Shown here: one piece after another, positions 18,701-26,052 of the stretch
Position numbering within the stretch: the first letter of the stretch is position 1
Layout: every line of letters starts with the position of its first letter
Assembly: GCA_964400355.1 (NCBI GenBank)
Contig: CAYNTO010000001.1
Coordinates: 430,019 to 494,018 of the forward strand
DNA from: an uncultured Pseudobdellovibrionaceae bacterium
GTDB taxonomy: Bacteria > Bdellovibrionota > Bdellovibrionia > Bdellovibrionales > JAGQZY01
Length of the DNA stretch: 64,000 bases
Direction: 5' to 3'
Program-made: the position numbers and the translations under genes
The notes under the pieces: generated by a model
Seen by the model: the letters and a program-made list of their open reading frames with translations, nothing else
The model's database searches: none
What the model was told of the DNA's origin: nothing

Positions 18701-20458
18701 TCTATCGGGACGGGCCAGATTCACAGCGCGTGGAATACTTATTTTGTTGCTCAAGAAGTGGTGCCGTCTGGCCCCGGTGGTGGTGGTGGCAATGACAACA
18801 TGGGTAACCATGCCGCTAGTCAAAATCTCGCGTTGTCAGGATTCTGGCTTTCAAACGATGGCAATGCCGAAGGAATTAGCATAAGTAATTCTGGCAATGT
18901 GGGTATCGGATCCGATTCTCCAAACGCTCTCCTCGATGTTGCCGGTATTGTTCGCGCGCAACAGATTTGCGATGAAGCCGGTGCCAACTGTAAAGACATC
19001 TCCACAGGCTGGGGTGGTGGTGGAGACATGGATGGTGTGACCACGCATGCGACCACGTCTGGTCTATTAGGTGGCGCCACCAGTGGCACTGCCGACTTGA
19101 GCGTAGACACCGACAACTCCACGATTGAAATCAGCGGCTCCAATAAAGTGCGAATTAAAGATTTAGGTGTCACCTCCGCAAAAATCGCGGACAACGCCAT
19201 CACCTCTGCAAAAATAAATGATGGCGCGATCATGAACGCGGATATCAACGCTTCGGCGGCCATAGCCTGGAGCAAGATCGATAAAACCGGCGCTGCTGCG
19301 GGCGACGTAGGAGCTGTACCAAGTTCCAGAACTATAGCGACATCAGGAACATCGGGTTTGAGCGGTGGGGGAGACCTCACGGCGAATCGTTCACTTTCGG
19401 TGAACGTCGATGACACCACTGTAGAGCTCAACGCAAATGCACTAAGAGTGAAAGACAGCGGCATCACCAGTGCAAAGATCGCAAATGGCACTATCGTGAA
19501 TGCCGACATCGGCGGCGTGAATATTAGCAAGATCAACAGTGCCGCAACCGAGTACTTTACCTATATGCCAAACGGTGCCGAGTGTACCGATGGCTATGTG
19601 CTGAAGTGGACATCGAGCAATCGCTGGGAGTGTGCGACCGACATCGGTGTGACCGATCACGGCACCCTCGGGGGTCTTGGTGACGACGACCACACACAGT
19701 ACGCGCTGCTCGCTGGCCGCACTACAGGCCAAAATCTTCGCGGTGGCACGGCCGCCAATGCAAATCTCACATTAGAATCCACTTCGGACTCCACTAAAGG
19801 ATTTGTTCTCTTGCAGCCCAATGGTGGATATGTGGGCATTGGTGTTGCGACGCCCACATCGACGCTCGATGTGGCAGGTACGATCAATGCGGCCGGAAAT
19901 TTAACTACCAATTCTCTGCTCGCCATCGACAACGTGGGCGCATTGCCCAACGGAATGCTGTTTTCGTTTCGTTCCCACGGCGTGGAGGCCGGTTTCATCA
20001 TGACCTATACCGCCGATGAGTTGAACGGTGATATGCAGTTCTCAACACAGACTGCCGGCACCACGACTGAGAAGATGCGCATTCTCGCCAATGGCAATGT
20101 GGGTATCGGAACAGGGGTTCCTTTGACAAAATTGGATGTGGACGGCGCGATCAAGTCGGAAGCGGTATCCAATGCCGGGACTACGATCGACTTTCTAACG
20201 GGCAACATTCAGTACACCAGTTCTTCATGCACAGGATTTACGTTGAACAATTTGAAGAGTGGAGCAGTTTACACGCTGATCGTTCAAGGGACGGCGGGCG
20301 GCACGTGCTCGTTCACACCTTTTTCGGGAACTGGCTCTGGATCACTTACTCTCAAAACGGGTTCGGTAGGACTCATACAAACTGCAAGCACCCATATGGT
20401 GTTCTCCTTCATGGTGGCGGGTAGTTACGTTTACGTGACGTCGGTGGACGGGTACTAG
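15713..20458 (+). CDS. giant secreted modular fibre/adhesin (phage-tail-fibre-like, MAT-fibre-like)
   Basis: 1581 aa with signal peptide MLKFLRNLPFIAASLLFVVASQRVLAQ. Three DHG.L.GLGDDDHTQY...NLTLEST.D.TKG.V.LQP.GG.VGIG modules. Two Cys-neck motifs ICDE.G.NCKDISTGW. SAKI.DG repeat tracts. KGFLPPRMT..QR.AI..P..GLMVFNTDD knob motif. Confidence 0.85.
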   Translation: MLKFLRNLPFIAASLLFVVASQRVLAQVPETFVYQGQILKNGTTPLEADPVLFRVQILSQTNDCILFEEQHSINMLGSSGVFSLNVGAGMRSGTDYEDTSSLTNVFRNGQLFTVTHCTSGTAYNALANHTRKMRISYNDGSGYVTIAQDFHMQATPFAWYANSLQGLTPTNFVQTNAGQNVTQANLETLLGGTNYTNLLALASGSSPSYVQVGTNGASLPSFSTDPVSPTEGMIWFNQTTNKITFHDGTGIQEMNTSTIDTTKLPLAGGTLTGPLELGGALDAASFDLLNVGHITIANQHTLRLGRYDNPQQTALLLTLGVGHAGTTWYNTDTNKLMYWTGTASREVIDNLTPGGDHGVLTGLGDDDHTQYAALAGRASGQNLRGGTVPSGNLTLESTTDATKGFVILQPNGGNVGIGTTNPLSLLHVSGTVGSSGNDSGFELRDRNNINSTTLMYMNAGAFHFYEGGVHGVTLDASNSRLGIGLNNFVSHLNHAIILGAGSDNIITAEPNWTDPGRDISLIAGSPNSGHNDLDGGKLILSSGGSTGVGESQIEFKTATAGVSGSAPNAPTLKMVVTSDGRVGIGSATPQSLLDVAGIIRAEQICDETGSNCKDISTGWSTGNVSTSRAINTNTGSALTGGGDLSADRNLAVNVDNTGIEIDSNALRLKDLGVSTGKLANTSVTEAKLANNAVTSAKIVDGTIVSADVDNVSIGKISNAPAEYFTYMPAGSECTDGYVLKWTSSDRWECSTDLVGSTDHGALTGLGDDDHTQYALLAGRGAGQNLRGGTAASANLTLESTSDVTKGYVLLQPSGGSVGIGTTAPHASAVMQMASTTKGFLPPRMTRAQRNAIGTPTQGLMVFNTDDSTLDYYSGSAWLSLNGSPKYMKLGMSGVQTVDLHSVVAFDSIRSNGGMTTSANGIQLKAGVTYRLEAAVNSFSSDSSNFLGYQLHDGTSYFGQAAYTSEPENANYGFKAHLLEFYTPIADVTVTVRIIDDSIGTGQIHSAWNTYFVAQEVVPSGPGGGGGNDNMGNHAASQNLALSGFWLSNDGNAEGISISNSGNVGIGSDSPNALLDVAGIVRAQQICDEAGANCKDISTGWGGGGDMDGVTTHATTSGLLGGATSGTADLSVDTDNSTIEISGSNKVRIKDLGVTSAKIADNAITSAKINDGAIMNADINASAAIAWSKIDKTGAAAGDVGAVPSSRTIATSGTSGLSGGGDLTANRSLSVNVDDTTVELNANALRVKDSGITSAKIANGTIVNADIGGVNISKINSAATEYFTYMPNGAECTDGYVLKWTSSNRWECATDIGVTDHGTLGGLGDDDHTQYALLAGRTTGQNLRGGTAANANLTLESTSDSTKGFVLLQPNGGYVGIGVATPTSTLDVAGTINAAGNLTTNSLLAIDNVGALPNGMLFSFRSHGVEAGFIMTYTADELNGDMQFSTQTAGTTTEKMRILANGNVGIGTGVPLTKLDVDGAIKSEAVSNAGTTIDFLTGNIQYTSSSCTGFTLNNLKSGAVYTLIVQGTAGGTCSFTPFSGTGSGSLTLKTGSVGLIQTASTHMVFSFMVAGSYVYVTSVDGY

Positions 20459-20469
20459 GAGATGCTCCG

Positions 20470-21228
20470 ATGAAACGAAGGGATTTCATAATTGGCGCCA
20501 CGGCAGGTTTGCTTTACCCGCAGCTTTCAAAAGCGCAAACGCTACCATTCGCAAATTGGAATAAGAACGTTGCTTCGACGGCCACTATCCAGCGGACAGA
20601 CGGGGACACAGATACCGGCTCTACAAATTACTCCTTCTCCTCAAAAAGTATTGGAAGCGCCTCTTCCGATCGCTTGATCGTCGTCGTGGCATCTCTGAAA
20701 AACGACAACAACAGCACAACGCCCAATCCAACGTGCACAATCGCAGGCGGCGCCGCCACGCGAGTCGTTTTGGCCCATCAGGTTCCCAGTTCCTGGTGCG
20801 CTACATTTGCTATATTTTCTCGTGCCGTGCCCACGGGTACCACGGCGACCATTGCGATTAACAACTCTTCGCTCAATCAGACGTGCTGTATCGATGTGTA
20901 TGCTCTCAAAAATCTACGCTCGCATGCTCCCATCGTTGTGCGATCCACGGTAAAGGAAACCGGCACCAATACCACCTCCGACAACTTGACCTTTGGGACC
21001 CGTTACGGAGGCGTTGGCGTTGTTGGTATCTCCGATCCTTCGGCCACCAATCGCACCTATACTTGGACAAATGCAACCAAGGATTCCGAAGAATTTTTAG
21101 TGAGTGCGCAGAACTCCAGCGCGGCTCGCTTTACTGTCGCCTCGGGAGCGGCCGCATTCACCACCGTCACTGTTTCGATCAATATTAGCACGGAGACTTA
21201 TGCTTTTGGCGGCGCTTTCTGGCGCTAA
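20470..21228 (+). CDS. Tat-signal hypothetical protein coupled to the fibre gene
   Basis: MKRRDFIIGATAGLLYPQLSKAQ. AGGAG overlaps the fibre stop codon, and the ATG lies 11 nt after that stop. Ser/Thr/Asn-rich body with no recognised family. Confidence 0.6.
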   Translation: MKRRDFIIGATAGLLYPQLSKAQTLPFANWNKNVASTATIQRTDGDTDTGSTNYSFSSKSIGSASSDRLIVVVASLKNDNNSTTPNPTCTIAGGAATRVVLAHQVPSSWCATFAIFSRAVPTGTTATIAINNSSLNQTCCIDVYALKNLRSHAPIVVRSTVKETGTNTTSDNLTFGTRYGGVGVVGISDPSATNRTYTWTNATKDSEEFLVSAQNSSAARFTVASGAAAFTTVTVSINISTETYAFGGAFWR

Positions 21229-21239
21229 AAACAGAGGAT

Positions 21240-21276
21240 CACAGCTCCATTTTTTTACATAAATGAGCTGTGTTTT
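21240..21276 (+). terminator. candidate terminator between convergent genes
   Basis: CACAGCTC ... GAGCTGTG 8-bp stem with a 17-nt AT-rich loop, followed by TTTT. The large loop lowers confidence. Confidence 0.4.
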
Positions 21277-21322
21277 GAGCTCTCAAGTAGCGGAGTTGGT
21301 CGACGACTTTGACGAACTGCCC

Positions 21323-23125
21323 TTAGTTTGCAGTAGCGCGGCGTTTGATCACCACCACCGACACGTCGTCGGGGAGCGGAATGTCGCCCCTATAGGTATT
21401 GAACTCTTCAAGAGTGGCGGCCGAAACTTCTTTTGCAGATTTTAAAAATGTGATTTTTTTCGCGAGTTTTTTTCCAAAGCGCAGCTCGCTCAGAACTTGG
21501 CCATCGGGGCGTTCGATGGAAAAGAGGCCGTCGGTGTATATCACCAAAGTGTCTTGCGGACTCAGCGTGAACGACTGTTCGCGAAGGGTGCTGGGGATAT
21601 TATCGCCAATGCGGGCACTCGCCATCATGTGAACGTTGTCGACTTCGTAGCCGCCGTAATCTTTGTAGCGCATGAGATAGGGAGGTTCGTGACCGGCGTT
21701 CACGAAAGTTACATCTCCGGTTTTTGAATGGACGCGGTAGAGCTGGCCCGTCATCAACACCTCTTGGCGAGAGCAGCTGTAAACCGCATGATCCCAAATT
21801 CGCATCATTTCCAGTAATGGAATGTTTTCGTTTTCAATTCGAGAAAAAATTGAACGGGCGGCGGCGGTGATAAGTGCAGCTGGTGTTCCGTGGCCGGTGG
21901 CATCTGCAACGGCTACGTAAATGTACTCACCCTGCTGAAAGTAATACCACCAGTCACCACCACACTCGCTCGACGTCATTACGGTTCCGAAGACTTCGAT
22001 GGAATTGAAAGCATGGGATGATTGTTCCGGCAAAAGTTTTTCCTGTACATATGCCGCGGTCTTTAATTCCGCTTCCATGCGCGCTTTTTCGCGGGTTTCC
22101 AGGAGCAAACGTTGAATTTCGCGGATCATGCGACCAAAAGCGCCGGCCAATATACCGATTTCATCTTGAGATTGAATTTTGGGCCGATCGTCGAAAGTGC
22201 CTTCGGCGATTTCTTCGGCCCAGGCGGTGATGATTTTTAATCCGCTCGTCAGGAGCCTTGCCAAGGTGAGTGCGATTATCGTGAGAGCGAAAAAAGAAAG
22301 GACTAAGAAAATCAGAGAACGCGTGAACAACACATTGAGCGCTCCTAATGCCTCCGCCTCCGGAGTGAGAGACACCAATCGCAGTTTGTACGCCTTCATC
22401 TCTGTTTGGCTCATCAGAAAACGATGATCGTTATCGGTCACCAACTTGGTTTGCTCCACGCCTTCGGAGGATCGCGTTTTCGCCACATTCAAGAAGGTTT
22501 GTGGCTGAAGACCGCGCATATCAGAAACCGCCAAGATCGACATGTCCGTGTTCGACGTGTCTGAGAGAAGAGCGATAGAGTTCATCATGTCGGGTGTAGG
22601 GAGTAAATCCTTCGTCAACACCGCCAGACGAATTTGATATGTCCCGCGCGGGCCTTGATCGTACTTGAGACTTAATAGGAAGGTGTCTTTATTGATAAGG
22701 CGCAGATCCGCTTCGCCTACTCCTTTTGCGAATGTTTCCGCCACTGGCGGTAGTAATGACGGAACCTTCTCCAAACGAAATACGCTCTGTTTTGCCGTTT
22801 GATTCCAAAGTTCGATGGCCATCAAGTTTTTCTCGTCTTTAAAAATCTGTTGTCCCGCGGAATTCGGACGCCCCAAGTTGGGATCATAGGTGGCCACAAT
22901 GCTGCGTGCGGCGAGTAAAGACATTGCCAATTTACTCTCCACTTCGCTCTTAACCGATTGCAGGCGGGAATTTTGCGCGTCGAAGACGTAAGAGATTTTG
23001 TCGTTTTCGAAAACATTCTTGGCGATCAGAACGTACGATAAAATAAATACAAGACCGGTAGCGATCAACGCAAGAGTGAGTTTCCATTTGATGGAGGCGC
23101 TCTTCAGCAGATTTAATAATGCCAT
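21323..23125 (-). CDS. membrane sensor PP2C (SpoIIE/RsbU/SiaA-like) phosphatase with HAMP domain
   Basis: TM1, a periplasmic region of about 270 aa, TM2, HAMP (AEEIAEGTFDDRPKIQSQDEIGILAGAFGRMIREIQ), then PP2C motifs GGDWWYYF, ADATGHGTPAAL and YTDGLF. Start is ATG 23125 (MALLNLLKSASIKWKL), overlapping the upstream gene by 13 nt. Confidence 0.85.
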   Translation of the reverse strand: MALLNLLKSASIKWKLTLALIATGLVFILSYVLIAKNVFENDKISYVFDAQNSRLQSVKSEVESKLAMSLLAARSIVATYDPNLGRPNSAGQQIFKDEKNLMAIELWNQTAKQSVFRLEKVPSLLPPVAETFAKGVGEADLRLINKDTFLLSLKYDQGPRGTYQIRLAVLTKDLLPTPDMMNSIALLSDTSNTDMSILAVSDMRGLQPQTFLNVAKTRSSEGVEQTKLVTDNDHRFLMSQTEMKAYKLRLVSLTPEAEALGALNVLFTRSLIFLVLSFFALTIIALTLARLLTSGLKIITAWAEEIAEGTFDDRPKIQSQDEIGILAGAFGRMIREIQRLLLETREKARMEAELKTAAYVQEKLLPEQSSHAFNSIEVFGTVMTSSECGGDWWYYFQQGEYIYVAVADATGHGTPAALITAAARSIFSRIENENIPLLEMMRIWDHAVYSCSRQEVLMTGQLYRVHSKTGDVTFVNAGHEPPYLMRYKDYGGYEVDNVHMMASARIGDNIPSTLREQSFTLSPQDTLVIYTDGLFSIERPDGQVLSELRFGKKLAKKITFLKSAKEVSAATLEEFNTYRGDIPLPDDVSVVVIKRRATAN

Positions 23126-25374
23126 CGAATCACCATGAATCCTTCGCCCAGTCCCTCGCGATATGGCAGGCCTAACGGCGACGCCGTCTTTACACTTCCT
23201 GCTTCGAATAAGTGCAATCGATATCCACCACCAACAGCCCACTTGCGGTCGAAATAATAGTTCAGATTCCCAGTAAGCTCGTATTTTTGGCTGGAGTCAA
23301 ATCCATATCCTACAAGCGCTTCACCCGATAGATCCCAATAACGGTAGAACGGAAACAAAACGCCCAATCCCACTTTTGCCAAATTATATCCCGGTGAGAA
23401 CAATTGCGTGCCGCTGTTTTTGTAGTATTCGTAGCCGGCGATGAACGAAAGCTCAGAGCGAATGAGCGAATGCAGTGGATTGCTAGGGCCATACCACCGG
23501 TAGCGGTAGCGAGCTTCCACATGCAGCGGGGAATTGGACCCACTGGCCGCATCTTCGGAGCCGGCCACTTTGGCTTTCGCGAGGCCTTCAAGGCCATGGT
23601 GCTCTTTCCATTGAAGCCAGCGCAAACCTAATGTGTAGATACTCGGCGACGTCGTGCCCTGGCTGGCTTGATCCGCGGAAAACATGGAGAACTGGCCGGT
23701 CTCAACCGAAAAGCGGGAACGCAAATAATTGCGATTGTATTCTGCAGGTTTGCTGGAAAATGTCTGGCTCAACACGGGCACACTGGAAACATTGCGGGCG
23801 TGCACCGGGGCTGTCGTCTCGGGCGTGTAAACTTCGATTATAGCCCTGCTGACTTTCTTGGCTTTGCGGCCAAACTGATCCTGCGCAGTAAAAGCCACCT
23901 GGTAAATGCCGGCTTTATTCCAATTGAGCGAGTACGGAGAATTTTGAATCGTTTCTTCTTTGAGAACTGTTTCGGCGGAGTCAGTAATGCGGACGTCGTA
24001 CTTCCACAAGCGGTGAGAATTGTCCCAGTGTAGAGATACTGGAGTGTTTTCAGGAATTCGAATTTTAGATTTCGCAAGCTGTGGAGCCTCGGGAAAAGGC
24101 GGTCGCACCACTTTCACGGTGCGTGTGTCGGACACATGCGACAGCTGTAAGCGTTCATTCACTCCGCGAACGCGCAAGTACAATGTTTGTGGTTGTGTGG
24201 CGTTGAGCGAAATCTCCGCCGTCGATTGCCAGCTCACCTTTGTCGATGCGCGGGTGAACTCGGGAGATGTGGAAAGTTCCAGTAAATAATTCTTCCAAAT
24301 TCCGCCGACCGTTCCGTGAATTTGTACATCCTGGCCGAGCAGATACACCGTTTTTGCGGCGACAGTGATTTGTGGTGGGAGATCATCAAGAGGCAGCGAC
24401 TCTACGGTGAACTGATGGGGGTTGGACCACGTCTTTCCATCTACAGACAAGCGATAAAAATTCCCTCCGCGCACTGTCTGCGCAAAGAAGGCCTGCTTTT
24501 TATTTTGCGACTCCGAAAACGTCGATACAATCGCTGTGAATTCGCGGTCCGTCGACAACTCGCCGTAAACAGTGGAGGCCAAGAATTTATTCTCCCACTT
24601 TACAGGACCGGCGAAGGCCACCAGCTGCTTCGGCATGGCTCGCTGTACGAGTGCGCCATTGCTCTTTTCAAAAAAATCGTAGAGTTCATCGGTACGCCGG
24701 TAAATCGGTGCGCCGGCAATTGCCACCACGGCTTCTTGATCGACGACGGGCATATTCATCACCGGACGAGTGAGCGTATTGAGGGCCAACGATTTGTTTT
24801 TCTCAAGTGTCACGCTTCTGTTATTTGAGCGCACCGACGCATTTCCTTTGACGAGACGGATTTCTGGAGACTTGTTTTTGGAGAACACCACTTCTACTTG
24901 AGCATCGCTACCGTCGAACTCGAGTATCTCACCCTGAGCGGCGATGCGCATTTTACCCTGGATGTTAAGTTTGAAATTACCAAAAACCATGTTCGGAATT
25001 TGCACGCTGTTTTCACTGATAAACTTAATCAGCGAGTTCTGCTCGAGCGCAATCTCTTTGCCATTCGCCACTTTAATTTTCAATTTAGAACGCTTACCCG
25101 TAAACACGCTGTCGCCAGAATGGATGTCGGAACTCAAATCGGCTTTATTCCAAGTGAAGGAGGAGCTGAGACGACGGCGCACATCGTTTTCAGAATGAAC
25201 GATTTCGCCGATAATGCGACCCGAGTTTTGTGATGGTGAATTGTGGAAAAAGACCGAGAAGAGATCATCAGAAAACAAAAGTGCGCTACACACCAAAATT
25301 CCCAAAAGGCTTGTGATCAGAATCGCGCGATCTCTGCGATCGCTGTCTGCATTTTTAGACTGTGATGGTTTCAA
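23113..25374 (-). CDS. FecR-domain protein with Ig/FN3-like middle and C-terminal beta-barrel-like domain
   Basis: TTG start. N-terminal hydrophobic anchor AILITSLLGILVCSALLF. FecR-like GDSVFTGKRSKLKIKVANGKEIALEQNSLIKF. The last 220 aa or so are aromatic/Gly-rich alternating strands ending GFMVIRWHY. Confidence 0.6.
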   Translation of the reverse strand: MKPSQSKNADSDRRDRAILITSLLGILVCSALLFSDDLFSVFFHNSPSQNSGRIIGEIVHSENDVRRRLSSSFTWNKADLSSDIHSGDSVFTGKRSKLKIKVANGKEIALEQNSLIKFISENSVQIPNMVFGNFKLNIQGKMRIAAQGEILEFDGSDAQVEVVFSKNKSPEIRLVKGNASVRSNNRSVTLEKNKSLALNTLTRPVMNMPVVDQEAVVAIAGAPIYRRTDELYDFFEKSNGALVQRAMPKQLVAFAGPVKWENKFLASTVYGELSTDREFTAIVSTFSESQNKKQAFFAQTVRGGNFYRLSVDGKTWSNPHQFTVESLPLDDLPPQITVAAKTVYLLGQDVQIHGTVGGIWKNYLLELSTSPEFTRASTKVSWQSTAEISLNATQPQTLYLRVRGVNERLQLSHVSDTRTVKVVRPPFPEAPQLAKSKIRIPENTPVSLHWDNSHRLWKYDVRITDSAETVLKEETIQNSPYSLNWNKAGIYQVAFTAQDQFGRKAKKVSRAIIEVYTPETTAPVHARNVSSVPVLSQTFSSKPAEYNRNYLRSRFSVETGQFSMFSADQASQGTTSPSIYTLGLRWLQWKEHHGLEGLAKAKVAGSEDAASGSNSPLHVEARYRYRWYGPSNPLHSLIRSELSFIAGYEYYKNSGTQLFSPGYNLAKVGLGVLFPFYRYWDLSGEALVGYGFDSSQKYELTGNLNYYFDRKWAVGGGYRLHLFEAGSVKTASPLGLPYREGLGEGFMVIRWHY

Positions 25375-25568
25375 CGAATTCGCCCTTGTTGGTCAAATAT
25401 CAATATATATCTTTTTGCCAAACTGATGAATTTTTCATTCCATCTTTAGAGGGAAAGTGGATAAAGGTAGAGGTCGAGTTTTGAAAATGAAAGCCGGAAT
25501 ACACTCATGCCGTAGAAAGGTCGCGTAGAGGTTGGCAATGTTTCCCCGCTTGGTATGATTAAAAGGTA

Positions 25569-26039
25569 ATGAAACCATTCAGCACCTTAACTGAAATCAC
25601 ACCAACGGAAACCACGATCAAGGTCTTCGGTTATATCAATGAGTTTGCGCAATTCCCGGCATTTCCCACGACACCTAAGGTGATTGTGGATACGGAAGGC
25701 GTGACGGGAATGAACTCCGTAGGTACACGCAACTGGTGCAACTGGTTCGAGGGCGTGGGTCCGTCAACAAAAATTCTTCTTAGACACTGTCCCATCATAT
25801 TGGTAAAGAGTTTCAACCAGGTGAAGGGAAGTTATCCCAAACTTGCGGATGTGGAATCGTTCGCTGTTCCTTATTACTCGCCGTCGACCGATGAGGCGCG
25901 CAACGTATTTTTTAACAAAGGCACTGAGTACGTTAATGGTAAGGTCAATCTTCCACTCGTCAAAGACAATGACGGAAATGCCATGGATCTCGATGTGGAT
26001 CCACAAGCCTATTTCGCGTTCCTCGACAGACGCACGTGA
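25569..26039 (+). CDS. STAS-like (SiaC / anti-sigma-antagonist-like) protein, paralogue 2
   Basis: 156 aa with switch motif VTGMNSVGTRNWCNWF. It has the same C-terminal extension as paralogue 1 (FAVPYYSP...VKDNDGNAMDLDV..YFAFL). A kinase-like gene follows 14 nt downstream. Confidence 0.6.
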   Translation: MKPFSTLTEITPTETTIKVFGYINEFAQFPAFPTTPKVIVDTEGVTGMNSVGTRNWCNWFEGVGPSTKILLRHCPIILVKSFNQVKGSYPKLADVESFAVPYYSPSTDEARNVFFNKGTEYVNGKVNLPLVKDNDGNAMDLDVDPQAYFAFLDRRT

Positions 26040-26052
26040 GCACAGCCTACGT

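Noticed and set aside
18771-18790. GGT-repeat tract (GGTGGTGGTGGTGGC) in the fibre gene as a phase-variation switch
   Set aside because: There are only about 4-5 trinucleotide units. Slippage would stay in frame and merely change the Gly-linker length, so it is not a plausible on/off switch.
17299-20001. Long antisense ORFs inside the fibre gene (17299..17865, 18820..19536, 19657..20001)
   Set aside because: They are generated by the repetitive Gly/Ala/Thr/Ser-rich coding composition of the plus-strand gene. Their translations are Pro/Ser/Val-rich low-complexity strings.
15713-21228. Diversity-generating retroelement or cassette-switching at the fibre tip
   Set aside because: The window has no reverse transcriptase, no near-identical template repeat of the 3' end and no flanking invertase or inverted repeats. 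The internal repeats are too diverged.
25843-26052. N-terminal extensions of track ORFs. Examples: 25843 for the kinase, 23242 for the phosphatase, 4081 for the secreted protein, 51639, 53659, 55662, 47811, 33302, 33220
   Set aside because: The extensions overlap the preceding gene or lack signal and motif content. Internal ATG/GTG starts give canonical N-termini, RBSs or ATGA/GTGA coupling.
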